Program-made: the position numbers and the translations under genes | In this document: piece by piece, positions 48,794 to 58,958 of the stretch | Position numbering within the stretch: position 1 is the stretch's first letter | Layout of the letters: each line of letters begins with the position of its first letter | Notes under the pieces: model-generated | Told to the model about the DNA's origin: nothing | Seen by the model: the letters and a program-made list of their open reading frames with translations, nothing else | Database searches by the model: none | NCBI GenBank assembly: GCA_963701075.1 | Contig: OY969559.1 | Span: 1,280,001 to 1,344,000, forward strand | DNA from: an uncultured Nitrososphaerota archaeon | GTDB taxonomy: Archaea; Thermoproteota; Nitrososphaeria; Nitrososphaerales; Nitrosopumilaceae | DNA: 64,000 nucleotides | Reading direction: 5' to 3'

Positions 48794-49768
48794 ATGTTGA
48801 GAATTGGATTTAGTCTTGGATCTTTGTTGTCAGTAAAAGAAACAATAGAATGCTCGCAAATTCTTTCACATTGTAACCCTGATTCAATATGGATCCCAGA
48901 AACATGGGGCATGGAGTGCAGTTCTATGTTATCTGCTATAGCACAGATAGCAAAAAAACCAAAACTTGGCTCATCAATTATCAACATTTATTCGCGTACT
49001 CCTTCACTTGTTGCAATGCATGCCGTAACAATCGATACCCTTTCTAGTGGCAGATTGATTCTGGGATTGGGGACAAGTAGCAAGGCAATTGTTGAAGATT
49101 GGCATGGTTTGGAATTTAAAAAGCCTTTACAAAGGATGCGAGAATACGTTGAAATAGTAAGGCATGTGATATCTGGAAATAAAGTTAGTTATCACGGTGA
49201 ATTTTTTCATCTTAGAAATTTTAATCTATTGACAAAGCCGGTAAGAAGCAAAATTCCAATTTATCTAGCTGCAGTTAATAAAAAAATGGTGGAGTTAACA
49301 TGGGAAATAGGGGATGGAGTCATATTCTATCTGAGACCTCTGGATGAGATGCGTAATATGATTATGATAATGCAAAAAAGGAAAAAAATTGATGTTGCAT
49401 GTCAATTGATAACATGTGTATCAAATGATGCAGAAAAAGCAATAACGAAAGCAAAAAAGACAATAGCATTTTATGTGTCTGTAGGAAAAATCTACAGGGA
49501 ATTCTTGGCAAAGAATGGATATGAAAGAGAAACAAGGGAAATATTTGAAGAATATGGAAAAGTAGGGCTAAGTGAAAGTTACAAATTTGTCCCAGATTCT
49601 ATGGTGGATTCTTTGGCATTATGTGGGACTCCTGATGACATGCAAAAAAAACTAGTCCAGTATGTAAGAGCAGGCGTGGATTTGCCCATACTTCAATTCA
49701 ATCCTGTTGGTGATGTTGCAGGGTCTTTCAAACTACTTGTTTCTGCCTTGGAGGGCGATATGACTTGA
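48794..49768 (+). CDS. LLM-class (luciferase-like, probably F420-dependent) oxidoreductase
   Basis: WIPETWG, LGSSIINIYSRTP, LSSGRLILGLG, IPIYLAA. Confidence 0.9.
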   Translation: MLRIGFSLGSLLSVKETIECSQILSHCNPDSIWIPETWGMECSSMLSAIAQIAKKPKLGSSIINIYSRTPSLVAMHAVTIDTLSSGRLILGLGTSSKAIVEDWHGLEFKKPLQRMREYVEIVRHVISGNKVSYHGEFFHLRNFNLLTKPVRSKIPIYLAAVNKKMVELTWEIGDGVIFYLRPLDEMRNMIMIMQKRKKIDVACQLITCVSNDAEKAITKAKKTIAFYVSVGKIYREFLAKNGYERETREIFEEYGKVGLSESYKFVPDSMVDSLALCGTPDDMQKKLVQYVRAGVDLPILQFNPVGDVAGSFKLLVSALEGDMT

Positions 49769-50874
49769 GAAGAGTAGGTATTGCATCATCTGGCATGACC
49801 AAATTCACAAAAAATGAGTTCCCGCTAGAATCACTCATGGTTTCATCTATAAAACCTATTTTTGATAATGCTAAGAACTTGACTCAGAAAGACATTGATG
49901 TTGTTCTGACATCTACTAATGCTAATGAAAAATATCTGGCAAACATAGTTTCAGAATTATCAGGAATTTCACCGAAAATTTCTCACTCCGTCGAAAGTTT
50001 GTGTAACTCTGGAACGAATTGCATAGTGTCTGCATTTGCATACATTTCATCAGGACTTGCCGATGTTGCACTAGTTGTAGGTGCAGAAAGAAGTAACAGT
50101 CCAGGTCTAGTATTTGAGTGGGATAAATCAAGAGGACAGTATAAACATCCGATATATTGGTCGTCGCTTTTTACAGGTGCCCACATGAGAAAATATGGAA
50201 CTACGCTGGATGATCTTGCGCATGTTTCAGTCAAGAATCATCGTAATGCACTAGATAATCCGTATTCTTATTTTGAGCGTTCTTATTCTTTTGAAGATGT
50301 TATGCAATCAAAGAATCTTACCGATAATGTTCGACTATTGGATTGCTCAATGCCGTGTAGTGGAGCTGCGTCAATTTTACTTGCTTCTGAAAACATCATA
50401 GAAAAATTCACCGAAGATCCGGTATGGATAAAAGGTATTGGGCAAAAATCGATTTCCGCGGGATTTACAAAAAATAATGATCTCTCATCCATGCAAAGCA
50501 CATCGATGGCATCTTCAGATGCATATCTGATGTCTCATAGTTCTCCATCTGACATAGATGTGGCAGAACTACACGACGCTTTTAGCATATGTGAGATAAT
50601 GGCATTAGAGGATTTGAGACTGGTAGAACGTGGACAAGGATCTACTTATGTTAAGAACTTGTATGAAACACATGACAAGAAAATTAATCCCCGGGGAGGA
50701 TTAATTGGTACTGGTCACCCATTAGGAGTTACTGGGATAGCGCAAACAATAGAGATGTATCAACAACTTAAAGGAACATCTGGGAAAAGACAAGTTGAGA
50801 GGGCCAAGACAGCATTAGTTCATAACATGTCGGCAGCTGCAACATCTTCCACCGTACTAATATTGCAATCATGA
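49765..50874 (+). CDS. Acetyl-CoA C-acetyltransferase (archaeal thiolase)
   Basis: ESLCNSG, KNHRNA, LDCS, AELHDAF, GHPLGVTG. Confidence 0.92.
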   Translation: MRRVGIASSGMTKFTKNEFPLESLMVSSIKPIFDNAKNLTQKDIDVVLTSTNANEKYLANIVSELSGISPKISHSVESLCNSGTNCIVSAFAYISSGLADVALVVGAERSNSPGLVFEWDKSRGQYKHPIYWSSLFTGAHMRKYGTTLDDLAHVSVKNHRNALDNPYSYFERSYSFEDVMQSKNLTDNVRLLDCSMPCSGAASILLASENIIEKFTEDPVWIKGIGQKSISAGFTKNNDLSSMQSTSMASSDAYLMSHSSPSDIDVAELHDAFSICEIMALEDLRLVERGQGSTYVKNLYETHDKKINPRGGLIGTGHPLGVTGIAQTIEMYQQLKGTSGKRQVERAKTALVHNMSAAATSSTVLILQS

Positions 50875-51197
50875 ATAGATTTGAACAAGAACTAAAGAAC
50901 AATAATTTCATTTGTAGTGAATGCCCAAAATGTAAAAAACTTGTTTGGCCTCCCAGCGAATATTGTAACAAATGCTTTGGAGAAGTAATCTGGAGACCAA
51001 TCTCGCGTAATGCTACATTGTTAGAATATTCAAGCAGAAATGGGGAGTATTTCTGTATCGCTGAATTGGAAGGACAGATAAGAATCATGGGCACGATTCA
51101 AAATGTTTCGGAATTACATATAGGAGAAAATCTTATTTTGGAAAAATGTGATTATGATGGCAGTGAGAAATTTATATTTAAGTTAAAAAAAGATTGA
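50871..51197 (+). CDS. DUF35 zinc-ribbon/OB-fold thiolase partner
   Basis: CPKC...WPP..YCNKC; ATGA overlap with the thiolase stop. Confidence 0.88.
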   Translation: MNRFEQELKNNNFICSECPKCKKLVWPPSEYCNKCFGEVIWRPISRNATLLEYSSRNGEYFCIAELEGQIRIMGTIQNVSELHIGENLILEKCDYDGSEKFIFKLKKD

Positions 51198-51285
51198 AAA
51201 TTTAAAAATCTCTAAACCATGCGTCTATATGATTTACTCATTTTCATAAATTTGCTACTCGAATTATTGTAACTAGTTTTGAATT

Positions 51286-51646
51286 CTATGGGAATTTGAG
51301 AGTTACCTTTTCTAATTCCAATATTGGGATATAAAGGGACATGCTGTCACTACCAATTTTTTCAACGAAAGCAAAATCTCCCGTAAGACGTTTTAGTTCA
51401 ATGAATTTCTTTTTTGGTTTTTCAGAAATTATGAGATAATGTACTGCTATACCACCAATTGCTCCTGTTTGAATAAAAATCACATCTTGATTATTCTGGT
51501 TAACATGATAAATGAGTGGAACGGCTCCTAACATGGACTGGGATGAATATAAAATGACTTTAAGGAGGTCATCGTAACCCTTGTACTTTAAGTATGTAAT
51601 GGAAGAATCTTGTGATGATATGTTTGTCTCACTCTTGTTGCGACAT
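51286..51646 (-). CDS. Hypothetical protein; 5' end apparently frameshifted (+1 near 51631) or using a non-canonical start
   Basis: The frame of track ORF 51286-51534 is open upstream (ETNISSQDSSITYLKYKGYDDLLKVILYSSQS) without ATG/GTG/TTG; ATG 51646 (MSQQE) is one base out of frame. Confidence 0.6.
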
Positions 51647-51772
51647 ATTAATCCTGAGGTTATTTGTTATTAAGTTTAGTATGATGATGTCTTGCAATCA
51701 TGGACTTGATGAAAATAGCCAGTTGGTGTTATTAGAATTACCAGCTAGTCTATTACTGAAGAGTATTTTATA

Positions 51773-52354
51773 ATGGCATTTATGGCAATAGAACAATTGC
51801 GTATCAAACAGTTGGAAAATGTGCAGAAAGAGACAAAAAAACACAAAAAATCAGTCAATTTATTGAATCAAAAAATCGCTAGAACAAGGAGACAGCGAGG
51901 ATATAATTGGGAAGATACTCTGGTCAAAAGATTCAATTCGGTTGAAGGCTGGAAAGCCTTTCGATTGGGGTCTCCCAGCGTGGGATTGCCGGATGTACTG
52001 GCTGTGAGCACAAAAGAAAACACAATTTACACTATTGAGGCCAAGTCTGGTACGAATACCGCTCTGTATGTTCCTTATGATCAGATCTTGCGTTGTTTGA
52101 AATGGATCCATACATTCGAACTTTATCGCACAAGAAAGATGGTAATAGCATTCAAATTTTTATCAAAGAAAAGGATAGGCACAGGAAAATACGAACACAG
52201 AGAACTACGAGAATATTATAAGATATGGGACGAATCATATCCTGTTACTGATTTTTTATGTACATATGATGGAATAACGCATGCACTCATGGATGGGAAA
52301 AGAAAACGATTGGAACTAGAAGATTGTTTTATGCCATTTCCTGTAAAAAAATAA
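51773..52354 (+). CDS. Hjc-like PD-(D/E)XK resolvase/nuclease
   Basis: RGYNWED, SPSVGLPDVLA, TIEAKS. Confidence 0.85.
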   Translation: MAFMAIEQLRIKQLENVQKETKKHKKSVNLLNQKIARTRRQRGYNWEDTLVKRFNSVEGWKAFRLGSPSVGLPDVLAVSTKENTIYTIEAKSGTNTALYVPYDQILRCLKWIHTFELYRTRKMVIAFKFLSKKRIGTGKYEHRELREYYKIWDESYPVTDFLCTYDGITHALMDGKRKRLELEDCFMPFPVKK

Positions 52355-52440
52355 ATGGTATTTCCTACGATAAAGCCTGATTTTATATCATGTGTTGTAT
52401 CAAGTGATAATAATATGATTAAAAGACAATAACTTATTTA

Positions 52441-52824
52441 ATGACTAGTACGATAATTGAATTGATGAGTTTTGAAGACTTTGTAGACGAAAGAAGCTTA
52501 GTAAGTCACGATGCCTTGGGAACAAAAGAAATCAAGTTGAAGCTTTTAGAGGTACAAGATGATACCTCAGATCATGTATGGCGATTTGGGGTACGTGTAA
52601 AAGTGAAAAAGATTCTAGTTACAATAAAACACATTAGAACGCAACAGGTTGAAGAAGGAGAATTCGACCTACAGGAGATTGAAAAAGAACTGAAGGAAAA
52701 ACGACATTATAGTTCCACAAATAGGTGGGTTCAAACGACTGATATCAAAAATGGCTACATACTCAGTACTAGACATGCTTCATTGCTTGGTGACGCTGTA
52801 GCATTAGATTATATCGTCATTTAA
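52441..52824 (+). CDS. Hypothetical protein
   Basis: 127-aa ORF with globular composition. Confidence 0.75.
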   Translation: MTSTIIELMSFEDFVDERSLVSHDALGTKEIKLKLLEVQDDTSDHVWRFGVRVKVKKILVTIKHIRTQQVEEGEFDLQEIEKELKEKRHYSSTNRWVQTTDIKNGYILSTRHASLLGDAVALDYIVI

Positions 52825-53716
52825 TCAATGATTCTAAAAACGAGTCTGTTTTAATTATCTTCCAAAAATAAAACTCAGATCTATTTTTTATTTTTCCTTC
52901 AAACAATATAAAGTTAATTCTCTGGGTTCTATCTCCGTTTTTCACTATTAATCGTTTTAGTCTTGGTTCTTCTTTCAACATTATGTTTAATTTCATATTT
53001 CGAAGATGATTTTCAAGTGATTTTTTATAGTCTTGATTTTTCTTAGGTTGAATGTATGGTATAATGTTAACCAAATTTTGCCTTGGATTGCCAATAACTA
53101 GCATTTTATTTTTTGATCTTATAATGACACCAGCACATTTTGTGATAAATTTATTTTTATACTGTTTATGAAATAAGTCAAATGTCTTTTTATTGACGAT
53201 AACTTTATCTCGAATTGGTTCTATCATAGACCCAATTCTAAAGTACTTATTACGATGATATACTAGCGGGTTTTTTGTTTCATCGTATCTTATTGAAATG
53301 ACTCTGCCAACAACCATGGTATGATCACCTATTTTTTTGATTGTAAATAATTTACATTTAGCATTTATTAAACAATCCGCAATTAAAGGAATCTCTGTTT
53401 TCTTTAACCCTGGTACTTGAAATGAATTGTGAATATTTAATTTGTCAATTTCTTTTCTAGAATATCCTCCTGCAATACTGACAAGAGTAGATTGTTTCTC
53501 GGATGCTACATTTACACCAAACTGTTTTGTTTTTTTAATATTCTCTAATGTGCTAGATCCCTCGTGAATGAACACGGCGATTAACATTGGTTCATATGAA
53601 ATCTGCATAGTCCATTCTGCTGCCATAACATTTTGCCCATTGGGACCATTAGAGGTGATCAAACTTATGCCTGTCATGAAAAGTTGTTGGGCGCGCTGCA
53701 TGATTTTCTTCTTCAT
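52817..53716 (-). CDS. Flavin reductase-like (DIM6/NTAB) protein with C-terminal extra domain
   Basis: NVMAAEW..ISYEP, FGVNV, GDHTMVVG. Confidence 0.85.
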   Translation of the reverse strand: MKKKIMQRAQQLFMTGISLITSNGPNGQNVMAAEWTMQISYEPMLIAVFIHEGSSTLENIKKTKQFGVNVASEKQSTLVSIAGGYSRKEIDKLNIHNSFQVPGLKKTEIPLIADCLINAKCKLFTIKKIGDHTMVVGRVISIRYDETKNPLVYHRNKYFRIGSMIEPIRDKVIVNKKTFDLFHKQYKNKFITKCAGVIIRSKNKMLVIGNPRQNLVNIIPYIQPKKNQDYKKSLENHLRNMKLNIMLKEEPRLKRLIVKNGDRTQRINFILFEGKIKNRSEFYFWKIIKTDSFLESLIK

Positions 53717-53983
53717 ATTATTACAACTCGTTACAACTGAGTATTAGTTCTTTAGTCGCAATTGTTGATGTCTGTCCAAGATCTAAAGGTTATTTATCTC
53801 ACTTATGAAAAGAAAAATGAAATTTCTAGTAATTCTGACATTTACCTTTTTCGCCAAGGATTTGAGGTGGTACTTGAAATTATTGAATCTGACCGTATTT
53901 AGGCAATAATGTCTTAAATTACGACTTAAAGAAACACAGATTAGGGTAAGATATTAAAAATCAGAAAACTGGGAATATGATCT

Positions 53984-54553
53984 ATGGTCAAAAAAACTAA
54001 GAAAAAAGAGGCACCAATTAATTTTGAAAAGGAACATCGCAAAGACAGGAACACGGTAATTGTAGTGGCAATCATCATTACAGTAGTTGCCACACTTGTA
54101 TTTGCTTTTCATGGACTAGGTAGTACCACAACAGATTCTGGCCAAGCTGCAGTGATAGATGGGATACAATGCAATAATATTACATATGACAGTTTTCACA
54201 TAAACGCACACTTGGATGTATTCGTAGATGGAAAACCATATGCCGTTCCAGCAAAAATTGGAATTATAAATGATACATGTCTATACTGGATTAATACATC
54301 CGATGATACAGGGATTATACATATTGGTGCGCCAAGTGACAACCAATTTACGCTAGGTCAATTGTTCGATATTTGGAAGGCTACTGGAAGTGATCTTCTT
54401 CCTCAAGATATTCCCGCAATTTACCTGAATGGCCAACAAATAACTTCTAGTCTAAATGCAACGGCAATAAAATCCCATGATGAATTTACGGTTGTTTATG
54501 GAATTAAGCCATCGATCATACCGGCATCTTATCAATTTCCGCCTGGTCTTTAA
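53984..54553 (+). CDS. Membrane-anchored exported hypothetical protein
   Basis: N-terminal TM; IDGIQC...FHINAHL...CLYW...GIIHI...FTLGQLFDIW. Confidence 0.8.
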   Translation: MVKKTKKKEAPINFEKEHRKDRNTVIVVAIIITVVATLVFAFHGLGSTTTDSGQAAVIDGIQCNNITYDSFHINAHLDVFVDGKPYAVPAKIGIINDTCLYWINTSDDTGIIHIGAPSDNQFTLGQLFDIWKATGSDLLPQDIPAIYLNGQQITSSLNATAIKSHDEFTVVYGIKPSIIPASYQFPPGL

Positions 54554-54616
54554 GCTCTATTGGTAATAGTCGATTTTTACAGAAAACTTTATGAAAGCAG
54601 AACTGAGAGTCCATGC

Positions 54617-54961
54617 ATGATAATTCAGGAAATAACACTAAATGGTAAAAAATACCGGTTAACGCTTACTGATCAATTGCTTTCGGATGTAAGACGACTT
54701 AAGGCCCTTTATAATGCAGCATATGAGGACCCAGAAAGCTTTGAAGAGGTGAGCTCGGCCATATCTGATACCATAAACCAAATAGCGAGCTCCGTTGAAC
54801 CCGCCGTTTCAGATGGCGATCTAGATGCCTTGATTCAAGCTGTAATGAAGGCTGTAGACGAGAAGAGTAAAGAAACCGAAGAAGCAAAAGCTAAACATGC
54901 AGAAGAGCGAGCAAAAAGCGAAAAAAACAAGATATCAAAGCCTAAAAAATCAAAAAAATAA
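54617..54961 (+). CDS. Hypothetical protein with basic C-terminal tail
   Basis: Track ORF 54560; likely start ATG 54617. Confidence 0.7.
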   Translation: MIIQEITLNGKKYRLTLTDQLLSDVRRLKALYNAAYEDPESFEEVSSAISDTINQIASSVEPAVSDGDLDALIQAVMKAVDEKSKETEEAKAKHAEERAKSEKNKISKPKKSKK

Positions 54962-55031
54962 TACAAGTTGAGTGTCTAATCAGAAAAGAACCCTCATATT
55001 GGTTAAATGTAAATACATACTCAGAAAACAC

Positions 55032-55145
55032 ATGCAAACTCATTGTGAATGTGGCATCTGTGGTCACGTATCTGAACAGGATTGTATTTCAAATGAATGC
55101 AAATGTTGTGTAAACTTTCACATGCGTTCCGGCCCTAAAAAATAA
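55032..55145 (+). CDS. 37-aa Cys/His-rich metallothionein-like micro-protein
   Basis: MQTHCECGICGHVSEQDCISNECKCCVNFHMRSGPKK: 7 Cys, 3 His; TTAAAT about 25-30 bp upstream. Confidence 0.65.
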   Translation: MQTHCECGICGHVSEQDCISNECKCCVNFHMRSGPKK

Positions 55146-55146
55146 T

Positions 55147-55392
55147 TTATTTACTTTTCGGTTTTCGCAATATCCCAAATACTATCACTCCAGCACCAAA
55201 TATTCCAGTAACAATAGATATGGTTTGTATGTTTGATAGAATTTGGCACCCAATGGCATAGTCTTGAGAAGTATATGTGGAAACAATCCCGCTCATAGAA
55301 TTACAATTATCAATTCCAGGTTTTACTAGGTAGTGAATTATTGAAGAGATTATCATTATGGCAATGCCATAAGATACAGTTATTATTTTCAA
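55147..55392 (-). CDS. Small 2-TM membrane protein with a loop Cys pair
   Basis: 81 aa, TM-loop(C...C)-TM-basic tail. Confidence 0.7.
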   Translation of the reverse strand: MKIITVSYGIAIMIISSIIHYLVKPGIDNCNSMSGIVSTYTSQDYAIGCQILSNIQTISIVTGIFGAGVIVFGILRKPKSK

Positions 55393-55549
55393 TATGGGGC
55401 ATTCATTTACATTGCATTTATGTTAATAGTTAACCAAACGGTTTCAGGTTTATTATTTTGGTTCTAAACCGAATTTTATAAATACGCGGTCAATTGGTTG
55501 ATAGTTCGAGTTCTGTAGCTTTAAATAAGTACTATCTAAATTTTTTATA

Positions 55550-56881
55550 ATGAGATCTGAAGCATTTCAGAAATGTATTGATCCATCATGCGGCTTGGAA
55601 TATCCAATTACGGACATCCGTATAGAATGTGATCGTGGACATCTTCTTGATATAAAGTATGAATCAAAACCACCTTCCTCGTTAAAAGATACATTCTACA
55701 AAAGAAGAAATCACTCAAACAACATATTTAACGAAAGTGGAGTTTGGAGATTCAGAGAGTTACTGAATTTTTGTCAGATTGATTCTGAAAATATTGACGA
55801 GTGTTCAAAATACCTTGTATCACTTGATGGTGCAGAGGGAAGATTGTCAAAACCATATCACATGTCGAAGGTTTCTGATTATGTAGGTGTACAAAACCTA
55901 TGGCTTCAACCAGAAGGATATAACCCAAGTGGATCTTTTAAAGACAATGGCATGGCTACTGCTGTAACACATGCAAAGCTTGTTAACATAAAGAAAATAA
56001 TCTGTGCCTCGACAGGAAATACGTCTGCATCAGCTGCGATGTATGCAGCAAATGAAAATATAGAATGTGATGTCTACATACCTGCTGGTGAAGTAGCTCC
56101 TGGAAAACTAAGCCAAGCTTTTCAGTTCGGTTCTCAAGTGATTGAAATTAAAGGAAATTTTGATGATGCCCTTTCAGCTTCACTTAAACGAGCAGGAGAA
56201 GTAGGCGGTTACACTGTTAATTCTGTAAATCCCTTCAGAATAGAGGGACAAAAAACAATTGTTTTCAGAGCTCTCGAATCGCTTGACTGGAATGCTCCGG
56301 ATTGGATCGTATATCCTGGAGGGGCTCTTGGCAATACATCAAGTTGTGGAAAAAGTTTGATGGAATTATATGAGTGGGGATGGATCAAAAAGATTCCTCG
56401 TATTGCAGTAGTTAATTCTGAAGGAGCGAATACTCTTCACACCCTTTACAATGGAAAATTTGAAGAATCCAAATTACGATGGAATAAAGGAAAACCAGAT
56501 ACAAATTTGATAAAAAGATATTACGAGTTTATGGATGAAAAAGAAATAAGACCAAAGACAAAAGCAACTGCGATTCAAATTGCAAAACCAGCTAACATAC
56601 TAAAAGGGATTAGAGCATTAGAATTTACTAATGGAGTGGTCACTCAAGTTTCAGATAGCGAAATGTTAGATGGGATGGCCCTTGTTGGCCTAAATGGATT
56701 TGACTGTGAAATGGCTTCAGGTGCTGTTCCTGCAGGAATCAGAAAACTAATGCATGAAGGAATAATCAAAAAAGATGATACCGTGATAGGCATTCTAACT
56801 GGAAGACAAAAGGATTCTAGCATACCTGTTGACTATCACAAGAATTCACAGAACAAATTTGCCAATCCGCCTAGATCTTAG
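55550..56881 (+). CDS. thrC: Threonine synthase
   Basis: NPSGSFKDNG, CASTGNTSAS, NSVNPFRIEGQKT, PGGALGN. Confidence 0.95.
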   Translation: MRSEAFQKCIDPSCGLEYPITDIRIECDRGHLLDIKYESKPPSSLKDTFYKRRNHSNNIFNESGVWRFRELLNFCQIDSENIDECSKYLVSLDGAEGRLSKPYHMSKVSDYVGVQNLWLQPEGYNPSGSFKDNGMATAVTHAKLVNIKKIICASTGNTSASAAMYAANENIECDVYIPAGEVAPGKLSQAFQFGSQVIEIKGNFDDALSASLKRAGEVGGYTVNSVNPFRIEGQKTIVFRALESLDWNAPDWIVYPGGALGNTSSCGKSLMELYEWGWIKKIPRIAVVNSEGANTLHTLYNGKFEESKLRWNKGKPDTNLIKRYYEFMDEKEIRPKTKATAIQIAKPANILKGIRALEFTNGVVTQVSDSEMLDGMALVGLNGFDCEMASGAVPAGIRKLMHEGIIKKDDTVIGILTGRQKDSSIPVDYHKNSQNKFANPPRS

Positions 56882-57777
56882 TCATGTTCTGGCTCGGGAA
56901 TTATGATAACCCTAGCCAAGGCCATCTCGTTTTTTACCACTGTTGATATTGTTTTGACAATTCTACTTGTTTCGTCAAGTCTTGTTTCATTTGGAAAAAC
57001 TATGTGTATCTCTGCATTAAACTCACTACCAACCGGTCTTAGAAATATCTCCTTTGTCTTGATTTTGAATCTCAAAAATATGAGGTCTCTTATATCGTCG
57101 GTCATCTGTGGATTATTTACGGCATCAACTAAAACAAGAGTTGATTCTCGAATCGCAGTGTATGCCATCAAAAATATATATCCTGCAATTATTATGCCTC
57201 CAATCGCATCCATGAATTTGAAACTAGTATAGGTGCCAACAAGTACGCTGGCAAATCCAACGAAGGACGCAGTACCGTCTTTGATTGAATTTTTAGCATC
57301 AAGCTTGAGTGATATGAGATTGGATTCCATTGCAACTTTTCTTATTAAAAATGCTCTGTGTAATGATAAACCGCCAGCTATAACAAGCGTAACCAGGGTT
57401 ATCTCAGGATAGTGACTAGTGGCATGATTGAATAAGATTCCAACTGCATGATATGTTATCAGAGCCCCCAAGACAACGATTACTATAGCTGCAGTAAAAG
57501 CTGCGAGCACCTCTACCTTACGATACCCAAAAGGAAACAGTTTACTTTTTGGTTTTCTAATCATACTAATGCCGAACCAAACTATGAACGAGATCATAGA
57601 ATCAGCAAGCGAATCTAATCCATCAGCTGTTAAAGTAACACTTCCTGTAAATATCGTTACAACTAGCTCTGCTACACCTATTGCAGCAAGCGTAATTACT
57701 GACTGCTTTGCTGCAAGTTGAGCCTTGTTTAAAACATCATGATGTCTAGATTCTTTGTTTTTTTCTGTAGATCCCAA
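56878..57777 (-). CDS. Cation diffusion facilitator family transporter
   Basis: ADGLDSLAD, FPFGYRKVE, LDAKNSIKD, DAIGGIII. Confidence 0.9.
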   Translation of the reverse strand: MGSTEKNKESRHHDVLNKAQLAAKQSVITLAAIGVAELVVTIFTGSVTLTADGLDSLADSMISFIVWFGISMIRKPKSKLFPFGYRKVEVLAAFTAAIVIVVLGALITYHAVGILFNHATSHYPEITLVTLVIAGGLSLHRAFLIRKVAMESNLISLKLDAKNSIKDGTASFVGFASVLVGTYTSFKFMDAIGGIIIAGYIFLMAYTAIRESTLVLVDAVNNPQMTDDIRDLIFLRFKIKTKEIFLRPVGSEFNAEIHIVFPNETRLDETSRIVKTISTVVKNEMALARVIIIPEPEHD

Positions 57778-57833
57778 TTAGAATTTGATCAACAGTAACA
57801 TGCATTTTGCTCTTTTTAAACCGTATTGTTTAT

Positions 57834-58880
57834 TCATTCTTTGAAATGCTCTTCAAGCATTCTCTTTTTCTCTTCCATGTGAAACAATTCTTCAGTATGC
57901 TTGAATGCATCTTCCTTTTTTCGCTTAAACAACATTGCTTGCATGAGGAGATGATTTTCTGGTACTACTATTCCAGTTTGATCGTCAGAATAGGTCAGTT
58001 TTACCACATCATCCTGAACTTCTGTAAGATCCGCATGTATGTGGATCATGTTGGTATCTTTGAAACTGAATTTGATTGATTCCGCATAATCTCTGATATC
58101 TTTGGTTCCTTTTACACCGTACAACGTTGCCACACCATACTCATTTTTGTAGAGATTGATTATCTCAGATATATTCGGGGCATGGCCATTAAATCGTATA
58201 TCCATTGCATGTACATGCATCTGTCTTGTTGGCACCTTAAAAGCACGAATAAACAAAGGCGTATCTGCACCCATATAGCTTTTCACATCTTCGTCGTGAT
58301 GCGGCTTGTAACTCCATTCAATTGAATCTTCTACCTCCGTCTTCGAATCTTCCAAATCTGCCCACCTTCGAATCAATACGGCATCTAGTCTCTTTATTTT
58401 TTTACCATATTTTTCCTTCAGGGGCTGGATGATTCTCCCCATTCCAGTAACGTTGCAGCTTCCTTGCATTACAAACTGTTTATCAAATGCTTCCTCATAA
58501 TTCACTCGGGAATTGAAGATGAATGGTGCCACTGCTTTTTCTCCGGAGATTTTTTCTCCTCCTTGAAATATAGCACGGGTATTTTTTGGTTCATAAAGTA
58601 TTTTTTTATTTGTGTATCCTACTCCTCCCGGAGACGCGTCTATTACAAGATCACAATCTGAAATTTTATCTTCTATAGTTCCAGAAATATCAAAATTTTT
58701 AAAATAATTCACTCTATTTTTTGGAACATAGATCTTGAAGCCTCGTGATATTGCGTCATTAACTTTTTCATCTGGAGAGTATTTTCCTACTCCTGCTACT
58801 TCGATATCATGATCGTCTGCTATGAATTGTACTATTCTACTTCCTATTGATCCATATCCATTTACAAAAACACGTTTCAT
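57834..58880 (-). CDS. gap: Archaeal (type II) glyceraldehyde-3-phosphate dehydrogenase
   Basis: VNGYGSIGSR, FQGGEK, GSCNVTG, PHH..DV, VPEN. Confidence 0.93.
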   Translation of the reverse strand: MKRVFVNGYGSIGSRIVQFIADDHDIEVAGVGKYSPDEKVNDAISRGFKIYVPKNRVNYFKNFDISGTIEDKISDCDLVIDASPGGVGYTNKKILYEPKNTRAIFQGGEKISGEKAVAPFIFNSRVNYEEAFDKQFVMQGSCNVTGMGRIIQPLKEKYGKKIKRLDAVLIRRWADLEDSKTEVEDSIEWSYKPHHDEDVKSYMGADTPLFIRAFKVPTRQMHVHAMDIRFNGHAPNISEIINLYKNEYGVATLYGVKGTKDIRDYAESIKFSFKDTNMIHIHADLTEVQDDVVKLTYSDDQTGIVVPENHLLMQAMLFKRKKEDAFKHTEELFHMEEKKRMLEEHFKE

Positions 58881-58958
58881 ATTTTCATGATAAATGATTC
58901 CCTCTTATTTACATACCCTTGATAAGAACTAAATAGACTTCAAATTCTGTTAGTGTAG

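Noticed and set aside
51773-52354. Hjc-like nuclease as a defence or mobile-element marker
   Set aside because: No methyltransferase, toxin-antitoxin or viral neighbours; more simply a chromosomal resolvase-family gene.
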